DNA of 64,000 nucleotides. Source: Octopus sinensis. Taxonomy: Eukaryota. Below the pieces are notes generated by a model. That model had not been told where the DNA came from. It saw only the letters and a list, made by a program, of their open reading frames with translations, and searched no databases. The first letter of the stretch is position 1. Every line of letters begins with the position of its first letter. A program made the position numbers and the translations under genes. Shown here one piece after another: positions 24,803-38,600 of this stretch. Location: NCBI RefSeq assembly GCF_006345805.1, contig NC_042999.1:682001-746000 (forward strand). The letters run 5' to 3'.

Positions 24803-24962
24803 AGCTGTGTGGTAAGTAGCTTGCTTAACAACCACATGGTTCCGGGTTCAGTCCCACTGCGTGGCACCTTAGGCAAGTGTCTTCTACTATAGCATCGGGC
24901 CGACCAAAGACTTGTGAGTGGATTTGGTTGACAGAAACTGAATGAAGCCCGTCGTATATATG

Positions 24963-24999
<37 letters not shown>

Positions 25000-25182
25000 A
25001 TGTGTGTATGTATGTATGTATGTATGTATGTATGTATGTATGTATGTATGCATGCATGTGTGTTTATACGTTTGTGTGTCTGTGTTTGTCCCTCCAACAT
25101 CGATCGCTTGACAACTGATGCTGGTGTGTCTATGTCCCCGAAATTTAGCGGTTCACAAAAGCAACCGATAGAATGAGTACTT
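24803..25182 (+). mobile_element. SINE-A copy whose 3' end is rearranged into a long palindrome
   Basis: head gctgtgtggtaag, CORE-like block, (TATG)n interior. Confidence 0.9.
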
Positions 25183-25339
25183 CTTTCAGTTTCCGTCTAC
25201 CAACTCCACTCACAATGCTTTGGTCGGTCCGAGCATTGTGAGTGGAGTTGGTAGACGGAAACTGAAAGAAGTACTCATTCTATCGGTTGCTTTTGTGAAC
25301 CGCTAAATTTCGTAGACACACCAGCATCAGTTGTCAAGC
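25106..25339. repeat. Near-perfect palindrome, arms 114/108 nt, 12-nt loop
   Basis: 25106-25219 versus 25232-25339; arms differ only around a 6-nt indel. Confidence 0.93.
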
Positions 25340-25576
25340 AGTGATACCCGACTATCGCGGGTGTTATGTTCCAAACCCACCGCGATAGGTGAAAATCTGC
25401 GAAGTATAAACAGTACTGTACTATGTATATTATTTTATTTTATTTTTATAATTTGTATATCTTTATTTTATTCCAAAGTGCAAAACAACACCACGCAAGA
25501 ATCGACATAAACTTAAATAATAAACCGCGATAGGTGAATCGCGATAGGTGAACCGTGATATGCTGAGGGATTGCTG
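25339..25576 (+). mobile_element. pogo/Tigger-like MITE
   Basis: TIR-like cagtgatacccg / gagggattgctg|TA; cgcgataggtgaa repeats; same family as 57274-57749. Confidence 0.75.
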
Positions 25577-25624
25577 TAAATATATACATATATATATATA
25601 GATATATATATATATATATATAAT

Positions 25625-25896
25625 ACGAATGATGTTATACATTACTTGTCACAATGCACTACATATTCCTTTCACTTTCAAACGTTGCCATGCCACTGGC
25701 TCGGCGAGCAGACCAACGTTTCCCTTGGTTTCAAGGCCACTCCGTTGCACGGTTAGCAATTAAGGGCTGGGTGGACTGGAGCAACAGGAAAAGAAGAGTC
25801 TCGCTCACGAAATCAACCTGCCATCCCGTCCGGGAATCGAACGCACGGTGTAGTGATCGTGAGAGCAACCCCCAATTACTCCACACCCCCACGCCC
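25625..25896 (-). mobile_element. Old SINE-C-related CORE-type SINE
   Basis: Reverse strand has the gcgttcgattcccgg B box, ttgctccagtccacccagc and tail gtttgaaag..gcattgtgac..tgta..aacatc like the SINE-C tail. Confidence 0.6.
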
Positions 25897-26025
25897 ACAC
25901 ACGCACGAAATGCATTATAACTCCCTCATAACCTTACGAATAAATTATGCAACTTCGTATCTTACGATGCATATAGTACGTAATTAGCAGCCATCTTTGT
26001 GTCATTTTTTTAAACTAAGAATACC

Positions 26026-26070
<45 letters not shown>

Positions 26071-26326
26071 TACACAGACATGTGCTCGCCCGCATACATA
26101 CAAGCGCATACACACACATATATCGTAAAGGCATTAGAATTTGTTTATATCCGCCTATATTTATATCTCGTGTCCCATTCCATTGTGAAACTAAAATCAA
26201 TGTGTTTACTCTACAGGGACGGCAACAATCAATTTACATGGACTGTCAGTTTTTACTCAACCTGTCTGTTAGGGTTATGATTGATATGTGCTTTGTATTA
26301 GTACCACTCGACCAGGTTCTGCTTGA

Positions 26327-26378
<52 letters not shown>

Positions 26379-26739
26379 ATATCTACGTATCTGTCTATGT
26401 CACCATTTGCGTGCGTACGGGTATATGCTGTTGGGGATTAGCGTCCCCAATGAAGCCGTGTGTATATTACTGATTGTTTATGAGTCTACATACCTCTGTT
26501 TCTCTAAATCTGACCGTGGATGTATGTCTTAGCATAAACCAATGTTTGTGAATACGTGAGTATATTTGTTATTTCTGTAATTCTATTGTAAATGGCTGGA
26601 ATGAATTGAGAGACAAGTTCTTCCAACTTATGAGAATTTTCAATAATTTATCTATAATATTCGTGTCTGATTGTTAATTTTATTACGTCAGAGGTGTTTC
26701 CTACGGTTGGGGTGAGGAGTTAGTGTTATGCGAATGTTG

Positions 26740-27180
26740 TATGTATGTATGTATGTATGTATGTATGTATGTATGTATGTATGTATGTATGTATGTATGC
26801 ATGTATGCATGTATGTATGTATGTATGCATGTATGTATGTACGTATGTTTGTATGTATGTATGTATGTATGTGTGTATGTATGTATGTATGCATGCATGC
26901 ATGTATGTATGTATGTATGTATGTATGAATGCATGCATGTATGCATGTATGTATGTATGTATGTATGTATGTAGTATGCATGCATGCATGCATGTATGTA
27001 TGTATGTATGCATGCATGCATGTATGTATGTATGTATGTATGTATGTATGTATGTATGTATGTATGTATGTGTGTATGTATGTATGTATGCATGTATGTA
27101 TGTATGTATGTGTGTATGTATGTATGTATGTATGTATGTATGTATGTATGTATGTGTGTATGTATGCATGTATGTATGTA
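26740..27180 (+). repeat. (TATG)n tetranucleotide array
   Basis: direct reading. Confidence 0.97.
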
Positions 27181-27289
27181 TTATTGAGTGAGAGAGCAGC
27201 ACACGCCGTCAAAGTGACGCAAGGGTACAAATATACGAAATCTAATATAACCAGCCACCTTAACTATCCGTCTGTTAATGGTATATCAG

Positions 27290-27430
27290 TCTTCAAAATC
27301 CGCCAAGGTCGACTTTGCTTTCATCCTCTCGGAATCGATTAAATAAGTACCAGTTACGCGATAGGGTCGATGTAATCGACTCAATCCCTTCTCCCAAATT
27401 TGAGGACTTGTGCTTCCAGTAGAAAGGGTA
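27290..27430 (+). mobile_element. 5'-truncated SINE-B
   Basis: ccgccaaggtcgactttgctttcatcc...aagtaccagttacg. Confidence 0.8.
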
Positions 27431-28564
27431 CATAACGCAGCGAGGTGACCGCATATCAAAATAAACAGCGCATGACCCTACAGATGGGGCCTAGTTACAA
27501 TTTTCTTCAGGTCAAATAACCCATCTGCTCAAAAGGTCCCTGAATAAGGGTTATTTAAGAATGATGAACGAAACATCAATGTTTCAATAGGTGAATTATT
27601 CAAATCCCAAAGAATTCCTTTCAATATATGAAAGTAACTGACAAGCAGATCTTTGGTATTGATCAGAATATTTGCTGTAGCCCATATTTAACACCAAGAC
27701 AAAACAACGTACATGATAACACTGCCAATCAGTTAAGATCAGAAGCCATGAGAGCCACTGACTGGTATTGCATAAAGGCATACGATGTATGTATATATGA
27801 AGGTATGTATGAGTGTGTGTGTGTATATGTATGCCGGTATATATGTATGTATATGTATGTCTGAATTTGTGACATGGACCCTACACGCAATGTCATATTT
27901 CATCCTGTAACATTATGATTGAGCTCCACTTTGGTGTGCCTTTTAATTTTTATTAATACTGTAACAGACATCCGAACCTGCAAGTTTTGATGTTCCTTAA
28001 TTGCAGGAAACTAAAACTTAAAAAATTAACATTAACTCTTAAAAGCAGGCTTCTGCCAAAAAATTTGAAGTGGGAATCATTATTTCCAATTAGGAAACCT
28101 TTTTTTATAAACAACTGGACACTTGGATTTGATTGATTCTGCTCAATAATTTTCTTTGAATAGACATTAAACTGACTGATTGCTAGCAAAAAACAAAATG
28201 ACTTAACGACAGTAGGAAGTTAGGATTGTTGATGGCTATCTGTCAAATGTAAAATAAGGCCTTCTTCTACGGAGGGAGAAACGAGAGAGCAGATGTGACG
28301 AACGCAATTAACCGTTTACAAAAATCGCTATTCTGCACCCGCCGTTTGTTACGAGAACACGATTTGTCAAAAATGAAGGACTCCAACATGAACGATCTGA
28401 ACTGGAACTAAATTTAAAGCTACACTAAGGCAGATGACACTCGCATTCTTCTTACGCATCCTCTTTGCTTCTCTTTCTCTCTCTCTCCCTCTATTTCTAT
28501 CTCTCTCTGTCTCTACCCTTCATCTTCACATTATTACTAAACCTTTTGACCTCTACACCACTGC

Positions 28565-28685
28565 AGGCGTGGCTGTGTGGTAAGAATCTTGCTTCCCAAC
28601 CACATAGTTCGTGGATCAGTCCCTTTTACGCAAGTGCCTTCTACTCAAGCCACGGGACGATCAACGCCTTGTGAATGGAGTCGTT
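28565..28685 (+). mobile_element. Degenerate SINE-A 5' part
   Basis: gtggctgtgtggtaagaatcttgcttcccaaccacat. Confidence 0.7.
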
Positions 28686-29374
28686 ATATATATACACATA
28701 TATATATATATTATATATATATATTATATATATATATATATGAAAAAGAAGAACGAAAATGCTACTTATTTAAAATTAGGTACATTTAAATTTCTTTATA
28801 TAAATACATTAAAAATGTTTTTGCTTTACATGTTTTTGTTGTTTATAAACCTTATCAAAAACATGTACTAAAATGGTATATGTAGAGAAAAAAGATTATT
28901 AATAACATAAACGTCCATAGTGTACTTTTCCTTTTCCTGTAAGAGCACGTGGTAATTTCCATTAGTTTACGTGGCATTGCTAGTTGTAATTTCAGCTGTT
29001 GTCTGTGATGGTAAATTAAGTACTGTGGTCAAAATTGTTTTCGAATGGAGTGGCCATGGTAGTCAAACAAGCGGTAGTAGCAATAATAGTTGTCGTAAAG
29101 TTATCTCCCTTAGGGTCATCACCGAAGTGGATTTATTTAACCTCTTATCTTTATTTCTTATGAATAATATACATTTAATTTCAGTGTTTCGAGTTTAAAG
29201 AATTTAAACTCGGTTGATACTTTCTTATGATATGCATTTCCTTGCTAATGCGTTCATTTTGGCTAGCACTGTCTTTGAATTTGTATGATTGAAACATTGT
29301 GAATTTGTGATATTTATTGGATGCCCTACTTTATTATCTCCCCTTCTTCCTAGCTCTCCTGTGTGACATCTCAT

Positions 29375-29472
29375 TCGCCATGATAGATCGCTAGCCACTA
29401 AGCCATTTTTAATTTTCTCTCCCTGTTTATTTCTGTGTTCCTTTCTGTCCAAGAGCCTAGGCTTGAAACAAA
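29375..29472 (+). mobile_element. Decayed PLE pLTR-like repeat (12690 family)
   Basis: atgatagatcgctagccact...ctttctgtccaagagcctaggcttgaaac. Confidence 0.55.
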
Positions 29473-29975
29473 ATCAGTGTTGGCAAAAATAGGAAACACA
29501 GCATAAACATCGTTGACGTTCAATGCTGAACACTCAAAAGCCTACATTTGAAATACATTTGTACTGGCGACTTAGTAATCTCAACATGCAAACGACATGA
29601 AAATACCAGTTGCCTTCACAGTGAGAAGACATATTTTGTAGGATTCCAGCATGCAAAAGCAACAAAGGCAGAAGCCCTCGGTGAAAATCTCACACGAACA
29701 GACCAGTTCCTTGTATTCGAAGATGTATAAACGATCCTTTTGCACCGATTGCACCTCCACACTTGTGAGATTTTTTCAATAAACACTTCACATATCCTTA
29801 ATATTTCCACTTTACCAGCAACCGGTTCCCAGCAACGAATCATATACATGTAGTTAGTATGTCTCTCTTAGTATTCATTTTTAATATATTATTTACATTT
29901 CATGCTCTTTTGGTGGGTGGGCGGACGCTTAGCATTTTCATTTATTGCTGGTTGCGCACATATCTACATGTAAAT

Positions 29976-30207
29976 AAGGCGGCGAGCTGGCAGAAACGTT
30001 AGCACGCCGGGCGAACTGCGTAGCCGTATTTTGTCTGCCGCTACGTCTGAGTTCAAATTCCGCCGAGGTTGACTTTGCCTTTCATCCTTTCGGGGTCGAT
30101 AAATTAAGTACCAGTTACGCACTGGGGTCGATATAATCGACTTAATCCCTTTGTCTGTCCTTGTTTGTCCCCTCTATGTTTAGCCCCTTGAGGGCAATAA
30201 AGAAATA
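29976..30207 (+). mobile_element. Full-length SINE-B monomer with 15-bp TSD (13/15)
   Basis: tatctacatgtaaat at 29961-29975 and tatctacatacaaat at 30208-30222. Confidence 0.95.
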
Positions 30208-30827
30208 TATCTACATACAAATCTACTGACTGCCCGGAGATTTTAACATGCTTTCTCAACCGATTTATTAATTCTACTTTGCTTCATTCTTCTCCACACT
30301 TTACTTTCATGAACGTGAAAACAGCTGGCTTTTTCGCTCGTTCTGTTGACAGTAATTTTTGCCTTGCACACTATTTCCTCGTGACCACATAGTAGCACGT
30401 GTTTATGTCACGCAAGATAACAATACTAAAGTTATTTAGATACTCCTCCTCGGAGTAAATAGTCATGAGACAAAGTAAACAGATTTGTCCCACGCAACAT
30501 GGTAACTGACTAAATAAATAACCATCGTAGATTCTAGAAAAACATTATTATTTGTGAAGAAGTATTTTCGTTTTTATTTGTTGCTTCAAACGTATAAAAG
30601 CGTTCATACAATTTATATTATTGTAAGTCTTCTGTATTTATTGTTGAACAAAATATTTGTTATTGATTAAGCGATAGGTTAAAATAAAATATTTTATTAT
30701 CAATTTCCTCGTTGCATTTAATTTCTTGTACATAAAATAACTCTTTCACCAAACATATACCACTCGAAATAATAAATCAATTTGGACCCGGGGACATACA
30801 ACTCAAAATCGCCAATATTTTTTCTGC

Positions 30828-31225
30828 CTTTAACCCTCCAACGGAGAGTATAGGCCATTTATAATTGAACTGCATGTCGCATAATTTTTCGCTTCTGTAC
30901 TTATACTCTGCCATGAAAGTACCCCTTTCTCTAGTTCTTTTTGAGTCGATCTACGCCACGAGTTCTTAGGCCTACCTTTTTTTCTATATATATCCGGATT
31001 CCCCTGTAAATCCCTTTTCGCGACATTTGGTGTGTCTTTTCTAATTGTGCTACCAATCCACTTCCACTTTTTCTTATATAATTGCTCCCTAATCGAAACT
31101 TGATTTCTTCTTTGCCATAACTCCCTGTTGCTTATGTGTTCGGGCCATCTAATTTTAAGTATACTACGCAAGCATCTGTTGATGAATGATTGTATTTGCT
31201 TATTTGACTTTATTATTATGCCATG
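30828..31225 (-). pseudogene. RTE-clade LINE C-terminal fragment
   Basis: QSFINRCLRSILKIRWPEHISNRELW...KWKWIG..RK...GRPKNSWRRS..EL...W is a typical RTE ORF end. Confidence 0.85.
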
Positions 31226-32092
31226 TTATTGCTGCTCCTTTAGCTTTACAATTTTACCAAACTAGCCATAGTCTTTTCTCTCGATACATCGCACGTTTCT
31301 TTTAAAATATAGCTCTGGTTAATGTTTATAAATCAGCCACAAGAAATTAAATAATCTTTACTATGTTTCTGACTATGACTAAACCGAGTGAAGTGAAAGC
31401 CATCGTTTACAGAAAGATTTTGATGTCGTAAACTTGAAAGAGCAGAAAAAAAACTATAACCAGGCATTAAAATTCGCTCAGTTCTCTTACATACAAATTA
31501 GCACCGATATACTTCAATATACACGGAAATAAAACCTCAGTGCCTGTATCCAATACTTGTAACTGGCAGAGCCTTTACTAATTCATAAATGACGGTTTTT
31601 TTTTCCTTTTTGTTTTATAGTCGCTAATTCATTTATTCCGTTGAACTTCACAAAGGATAATAACATATTCTGTGGCGAGAGATATTAGATTTTATTGTTT
31701 CACACCTAACAGCAGTGCAAAGCTGAGAACATTTCGGTGCTAAAAGAAACATGAATGACAAAAAAATAAAAATAAAACAAAATGAATAAAGATACAAAGA
31801 CATATGAACTTATATGGCTTACATTGCGAAATATTAAAGAATTGCCGGGATGCTGAAAAAAAAAAAGACTTGATTCTATATTTCGGTTTTAGCCAGGGTT
31901 CAACACTTTACACACCGCTGTGTATTTCTGTAATGATTCTCTTGTAGGTTGGGAAATTCTTCCTACATATATATATGCATACACACTCATACGTACGTAC
32001 ATATGTTCATACATATATATTGATATACATGTGTGTGCGTGTATATATATATATGTGTGTGTGTGTGTGCGTGTGTATGTGTGTGTATGTGT

Positions 32093-32303
32093 GGGGGCGC
32101 AATGGTCCAGTGGTTAGGGCAGCGGACACTCGGACATAACGATCCCTGCTGTACTCTTTCGCCACAACTTTCTCCCACTCTTTCTTTTGTTGACCTGCTC
32201 GCTTAGCCAGCGGGATGGCGTCATTTGAAGGCTAAAACAGTGCGAATCGCATTGTGACCAGCGATGTGTAGCAACATCTGATAGCCTGGTCGGTCACAGT
32301 GAT
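32093..32303 (+). mobile_element. Internally deleted SINE-C
   Basis: same head and 3' half as 10036-10331; flanked by (TG)n and (TA)n. Confidence 0.9.
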
Positions 32304-32719
32304 ATATATGTATGTATATATAGATATATGTTGCTTTAGAGTTTGAAAATGCACTTGAATCTAATAACGTGTAGTCGTTTTTGAAATATGAAATAGATTT
32401 ATGTAAATATGAAACCGGCTTCGATAATTCTTTTTTTTTATCAACATTATTTTTAAATAAATAAATAAATAAATAACTAATGGGTTTGTAAAGTTTAAAG
32501 TAAGGACTGAATATTCGGAACAAAAATGTTTACCAGATCAAATGTAGATAGAAATTCCAGTGAGTTTCACAGAGATCGACAGTAATATAAGATCAAATCA
32601 TAACACCCATCGATGATAGCAAGTTTAGTAGTATTAGTTACGATAAAGTTTTTTTTTAAAAAGTCAGAGATAAAGTTTTAAGTGCATCAGTGGGTTTTCC
32701 TGTTATCTTAATTTTTGGA

Positions 32720-33130
32720 TACTCTTACTCTTTTACTCTTTTACTTGTTTCAGTCATTTGACTGCGGCCATGCTGGAGCACCACCTGTAGTCGAGCAAAT
32801 CGACCCCGGGACTTATTCTTTGTAAGCCCATTACTTATTCTATCGGTCTCTTTTTGCCGAACCGCTAAGTGACGAGGACGTAAACACACCAGCATCGTTT
32901 GTCAAGCAATGCTAGGGGGACAAACACAGACACACAAACACACATACATAATACATATATATATATATACATATATACGACAGGCTTCTTTCAGTTTCCG
33001 TCTACCAAATCCACTCATAAGGCATTGGTCGGCCCGGGGCTATAGCAGAAGACACTTGCCCAAGATGCCACGCAGTGGGACTGAACCCGGAACCATGTGG
33101 TTGTTTAGCAAGCTACTTACCACACAGCCG
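32720..33130 (-). mobile_element. SINE-A copy
   Basis: colinear with the family. Confidence 0.93.
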
Positions 33131-33720
33131 CACCTTGTATTCCGTTTCTGATTAAACTAACTGACTTGTAGACACACTGTGTTTCGTTATGTAATCATAA
33201 TATTTTACAAGATATATTAAACGTTTTTATAAGTCAGTGTCGAGTACCACTGTGTTAGCAGTGCATGTAAATCCCGTATTAAGGTCATTTCTACGGAATA
33301 TTTTCCAAAAAATCTATAAGGATAACTTGAAATGTATTTTAAGAACCGGTTGATTACCGGGGTCGGTGTAATAGACTTACATCACACCCGAAATTGCTGG
33401 TTTTGTGCCAAAACTGGGAAGGAATAGTTACTACTTCATATACGGTCCGACTAAACTTCACCTGTTCATTAATGCAAGGTGTCATTAAATATTTAAATAA
33501 CTGCATTAAGATACAAAACTCTTTGTTAACATAATTAATTAAGGAAAACAACCTCTTGATTATTCGGTCACTTATTTAAATATCAAATTGGGTAATTTAA
33601 GCTTCAAATTAATTTAACTATTTCGAATAAACTATATTTGCCGTGTGCATAAGATTTAGCGTTGGCATTGATCATCGCTCATTGATTAGTTCACACGGAC
33701 ACCCCGTCACTCTGTCTGAC

Positions 33721-34136
33721 TACTCGTTTACTCTTTTACTCTTTTACTTGTTTCAGTCATTTGACTGCGGCCATGCTGGACCACCACCTTTAATCGAGCA
33801 AATCGACCGCGGGACTTATTCTTTGTAAGCCCAGTACTTATTCTACCGGTCTATTTTGCCGAACCGCTAAGTGACGGGGACATAAACACACCAGCATCGG
33901 TTGTCAAGCAATGCTAGGAGGACAAACACAGACACACAAACACACACGCTCATAATATATATACATATATACGACGGGCTTCTTTCAGTTTCCGTCTACC
34001 AAATCCACTCACAAGGCATTGGTCGGCCCGAGGCTATAGTAGAAGACACTTGCTCAAGGTACCACGCAGTGGGACTGAACCCCGTAACCATGTGGTTGGT
34101 AAGCAAGCTACTTACCACACAGCCACTCCTGCGCCT
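33721..34136 (-). mobile_element. SINE-A copy
   Basis: colinear with the family. Confidence 0.93.
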
Positions 34137-34429
34137 ATTCACTTCACTTCACTTCACTTCTCTGTTACGTTTCTTCTGCATCAAATGTTTGTGTTTTATC
34201 TGAGAATTTCACTTACATAAAACATTCAAGTCAAGTAATTGGTCGGGAAATTCTCACCGAATGACTTTTCTTTGCATCTTTCGTAATTAAATTCTGTTCA
34301 TTCCTCAGCCAACCATTCCAGCAAACTTCTTCTCGGCATCAGACATTGATTCGGAGGATTACCGATTTGGCTGGGGAAGCGTTTTAAATGTTTTATCAAA
34401 AAACACTTCGAATCCATCTGATTCTGAGA

Positions 34430-34470
34430 CTTTGCTGCTGCTGCTACTACTATTACTACTACCACTGCTG

Positions 34471-34525
<55 letters not shown>

Positions 34526-34683
34526 GGCTACTACTGCTATTACTGGTGATGTTGTTACTACTACTACAACAACTACTACTACTACTACTACTATTGCTGC
34601 TACTACTTCTAATACGACTGCTGCTGCTACTGCTGCTACTGCTGCTACTGCTGCTGCTACTACTGCTACTACTACTACTACTG

Positions 34684-34714
<31 letters not shown>

Positions 34715-34741
34715 CACTACCACTACTACTACTACTACTAC
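34430..34741 (+). repeat. (CTA)n/(CTG)n microsatellite
   Basis: direct reading. Confidence 0.95.
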
Positions 34742-34960
34742 GCGTTCAAACCAGAGAAATCGGGTCACTGATCTCAGTTCTTCCTTGGTGCACAATGTAA
34801 GCGGAGCAGACATGTTTACTCTGTAATATAAAGAAGACAAGTGGAGCGATCAAGGCCAAAGCTCGGTTACTTAACTACAAGAGTACCGCCTTTCGGCACG
34901 CATGCGCTGAAGGCAGGGCGGCCAACCAATACAAAGTGTGGGTAATGTTTTCCTTGCCCT
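34741..34960 (-). pseudogene. Mariner 5' UTR plus transposase N-terminus
   Basis: MSAPLTLCTKEELRSVTRFLWFERV resembles the M.APL..CTKEEQRSVIRFLW.EGV start of mariner transposases; gcgcatgcg in the 5' UTR. Confidence 0.7.
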
Positions 34961-35320
34961 GTCAGAATCTTTAGCACACCGGACAAAATTCTTAGCGGCA
35001 TTTCGTCCGTCTTTATGCTCTAAGTTCAAATTCTACCTAAGCTGTTTTTGCCTTTCATCCTTTCGGGGTTGATAAATTAAGTACTAGTGAGGCATTGGGG
35101 TCGATGTAATCGCATTAAACCCCTCCCCATCTGTCTTAATGCTTTGAGTTCAAATTCTACCGAGGTCGACTTCGCTTTTCATTCTTTCGGGGTCGATAAA
35201 ATAAGTACCAGTTGAGCACAGGGGTTCGATATAATCGATTCAACTCACCCCACACCATCCCTACCGGACTCCGAACTTACTGGCGCTGATCCAAAATTTG
35301 AAATCGTTATTGTAATTATC
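34960..35320 (+). mobile_element. Two tandem degenerate SINE-B copies
   Basis: two ttcatcctttcgggg(t)tgataaa blocks at about 35055 and 35180. Confidence 0.8.
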
Positions 35321-35329
35321 ATGGTACAG

Positions 35330-35448
35330 TGTGTGTGTGGGAGGGGTGATCATGATGATGATGATGATAATTATTGTGATGATGATTACGATAATTATTG
35401 TGATGATGATGATGATGATGATGGTGATGATAATTACTGTAATTATTG

Positions 35449-35480
<32 letters not shown>

Positions 35481-35529
35481 ACGATAATTATTGTGATGAT
35501 GATGATGATGATGATTACAATAATGGTGG

Positions 35530-35587
<58 letters not shown>

Positions 35588-35592
35588 GATGC
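35330..35592 (+). repeat. (GAT)n tract
   Basis: direct reading. Confidence 0.95.
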
Positions 35593-36029
35593 ATGGAAAT
35601 AAGAAGAAAAGATACAGACATTAAAAAGAATTGATGCTGTCTTTACATGAAGCTTGAACATGTATTATATCGAATGCATGAAATTAAGACTAATTCTTAG
35701 AACGCACTTGGCACCGTAACAGGAAATTGATTTTCCATGCGTGGGCGGCCCCGAAACTTATCTTCTGCGATCGAAATCCTAACGTATTTGACGTTCTGTT
35801 TAGAATTTATCTCAGACTCACATACCGCAGAGGAACAAAAATAATTATTGATGTACTGTATTGGCGCACATTTATGCCTCTCTGTTGAACTGGTGCTTTA
35901 GCTGTTGGCTGTTAGAATGCGAAAAGTGGAGAACAGTTGGAGAGAGAGGCCTTTGCACGTAGCAGATTATCATGGCCATTTCAGGGAGAAATATTTTTGT
36001 CATGACAGCCGTATAGTTGTGTGTGTATG

Positions 36030-36258
36030 TGTGTATAAATACACACACACACACATACACACACATATGTATACACACACACATATATATACACATACAC
36101 ACGTATATGTATTTGTATTCATTATATATAGATATATATCGATATGTATGTGTAACTATCTAAATATGTGTGTGTATACATGCATACATACATACGTATA
36201 TACATATACATATATATATATATGTGTGTGTATATATATGTTTGTGCAAATATGTATC

Positions 36259-36316
<58 letters not shown>

Positions 36317-36363
36317 GTTTATACATATATATTCGCGCGTTCGTGACTGTATGTGTGAGTATG

Positions 36364-36436
<73 letters not shown>

Positions 36437-36546
36437 TATATATATAATATATGTATATATATATATGCATATATATATACACACATATGCATGTAAATAT
36501 GCGTATACACACGCATACATACATGCCGATAGACAGACAGACAGAC

Positions 36547-36620
<74 letters not shown>
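36030..36620. repeat. Compound (CA)n/(TA)n/(GATA)n microsatellite
   Basis: direct reading. Confidence 0.9.
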
Positions 36621-37198
36621 ATAAATAAACGTGCACATACTTGTGTGAGTATATATATGTGTTTGTGGCTGTGAGGAATGAAGTAGTGGAAAATTTCTTG
36701 AATTTGGTTTTCGTCGCCCTGTATATTCTATCATTTCGTCTTGCCTGCTTTCGCTCTGTAAATATTTTCTTAATTCTTCAGACTAAGACACTTAATGCAT
36801 CTAGAGAAATCCTACACTGTTTGTTTACCAGTTTTTAAAATCAGCTATTTCCCGTTTAATCTTGCACTACCAGAGAATATTGAAATCATATAAAATCAGG
36901 CGACTTTATTTGAAGAAAGGAAAAAGGAAATTCTAAGAAAAAAAACAAACTCTTCTAATGTTTGCAGAAGAGATTCAGAGATGTCACCTGAAATTAACTC
37001 TGGAATCGCTGGTTCTTAGGTTGTAAAGCAAATATAGAAATATAAGAATTAAAAGAAGGAAGCAAACCCTGTTGATTCATCTATATAAATATAAATATAC
37101 ATACATACCTACACACATGCACACACATACACACATGCATATGTATGTTGGTAGGTATGTGAATTTATACATACGTACGTACGAACGTATGTATCTCT

Positions 37199-37269
<71 letters not shown>

Positions 37270-37309
37270 TATATATGTATGTATGTGAGTATGTATGTAT
37301 GTGTTACCT

Positions 37310-37860
37310 ATGTATGTATGTCATTATTCAGTTTTATTTCAAGATTTCTTGCCAATAACGAAAGAACCGGTTTCTAACCTAGATCCAAGGTTCCTTCATT
37401 GGAATTCAATATCAACAACTGGTTTGTTTGTATGTATGTATGTATGTATGTATGTATGCATGCATGCATGCATGTATGTATGTATGTATGTATGTATGTA
37501 TGTATGTATGTGTGTGTGTATGTATGTATGTATGTATATGTGCAGATGTGTATGTTTTGCTTTATGTATGTATTCTTCTGCATATAGTTGCATATCTAGA
37601 CATGCTCATATATATTTAAATGAGAAATTTCTGGAAAATCTTACAGCTTTTTACATGTATGTATGTATGTATGTATGTATGTATGTATGTATATGTGCAG
37701 ATGTGTATGTTTTGCTTTATGTATGTATTCTTCTGCATATAGTTGCATATCTAGACATGCTCATATATATTTAAATGAGAAATTTCTGGAAAATCTTACA
37801 GCTTTTTACATGTATGTATGTATGTATGTATGTATGTATGTATGTATGTATGTATGTATT
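37310..37860 (+). mobile_element. Unclassified interspersed repeat with internal (TATG)n (family F), 3' block duplicated
   Basis: gtcattattcagttttatttcaagatttcttg... and gtgcagatgtgtatg...ctagacatgc..tatatatttaaatga also occur at 61838-62340, 62425-62580 and 63655-63800(-). Confidence 0.75.
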
Positions 37861-37884
37861 TATGTAGTGCTATTTTTCCAGTTC

Positions 37885-38095
37885 TTCAATTTCGTCCTTT
37901 CGGGGTCGGTAAATTGAGTACCAGTTGCCCCCACCAAAAAAAAAAAAAAAAAAAAAAAATTTGGGGCCTTGTGCCTAGAATAGAAAAGAGTATACCAAAA
38001 AGATGAAACGGCAAAGTAACTATGGCGGAATTTGAACTCAGGACATAAAGTCGGATGAAATGTCACTAAGCAATTTGTCCGGCATAGAAAGTATT
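37885..38095. mobile_element. Two SINE-B fragments, tail to tail
   Basis: + cctttcggggtcggtaaattgagtaccag..gccttgtgcctagaatagaaaag; - ggcggaatttgaactcagg. Confidence 0.7.
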
Positions 38096-38440
38096 CTTAA
38101 GAGTAAAAACAGTAGCTAGATGCAAGAAAAGCATTAAAGATACACTCAAGCAGCACGCTATGGTGCTTTGCGTGACGGAAACTGGACTGGAGTGAAGACA
38201 TTTAACTTTTATTACCCATAACAAGTCCAGCTTCCGGTTAAAATATATGTACCAGGGAAATAATTGGACGTTGAGTAGAAATCGAATAAGCGATAAGCGT
38301 CTGGAGTGTTTGTCGGTGAATGTGCGTGCGTGTGCATCGTGTGCACCTGTGTACGTGTGAATATGTTGCACATAAATATCATAAAGGAAAACTTGTATCA
38401 ACATCAACAACAGCAACAACATAATCAATAGCAACGTCAA

Positions 38441-38479
<39 letters not shown>

Positions 38480-38495
38480 TATAATAATAATAGTG

Positions 38496-38528
<33 letters not shown>

Positions 38529-38600
38529 TTTATAATGATAATGATAATAATAATAATGATAATGATAATAATAATAATGATGATAATAATAATAATAATA

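Noticed and set aside
27490-27790. Probable additional interspersed repeat
   Set aside because: Single copy in the window with no diagnostic termini or coding motifs, so it cannot be supported from this sequence alone.
34298-34430. Continuation of the mariner ORF past the microsatellite (MPRRSLLEW)
   Set aside because: Spacing and intervening residues do not fit; likely chance.
37365-37410. GAAACCGGTT palindrome in family F (minus strand)
   Set aside because: The 5' box reads CCAATGA/CCAACGA in both copies and stem I does not pair.
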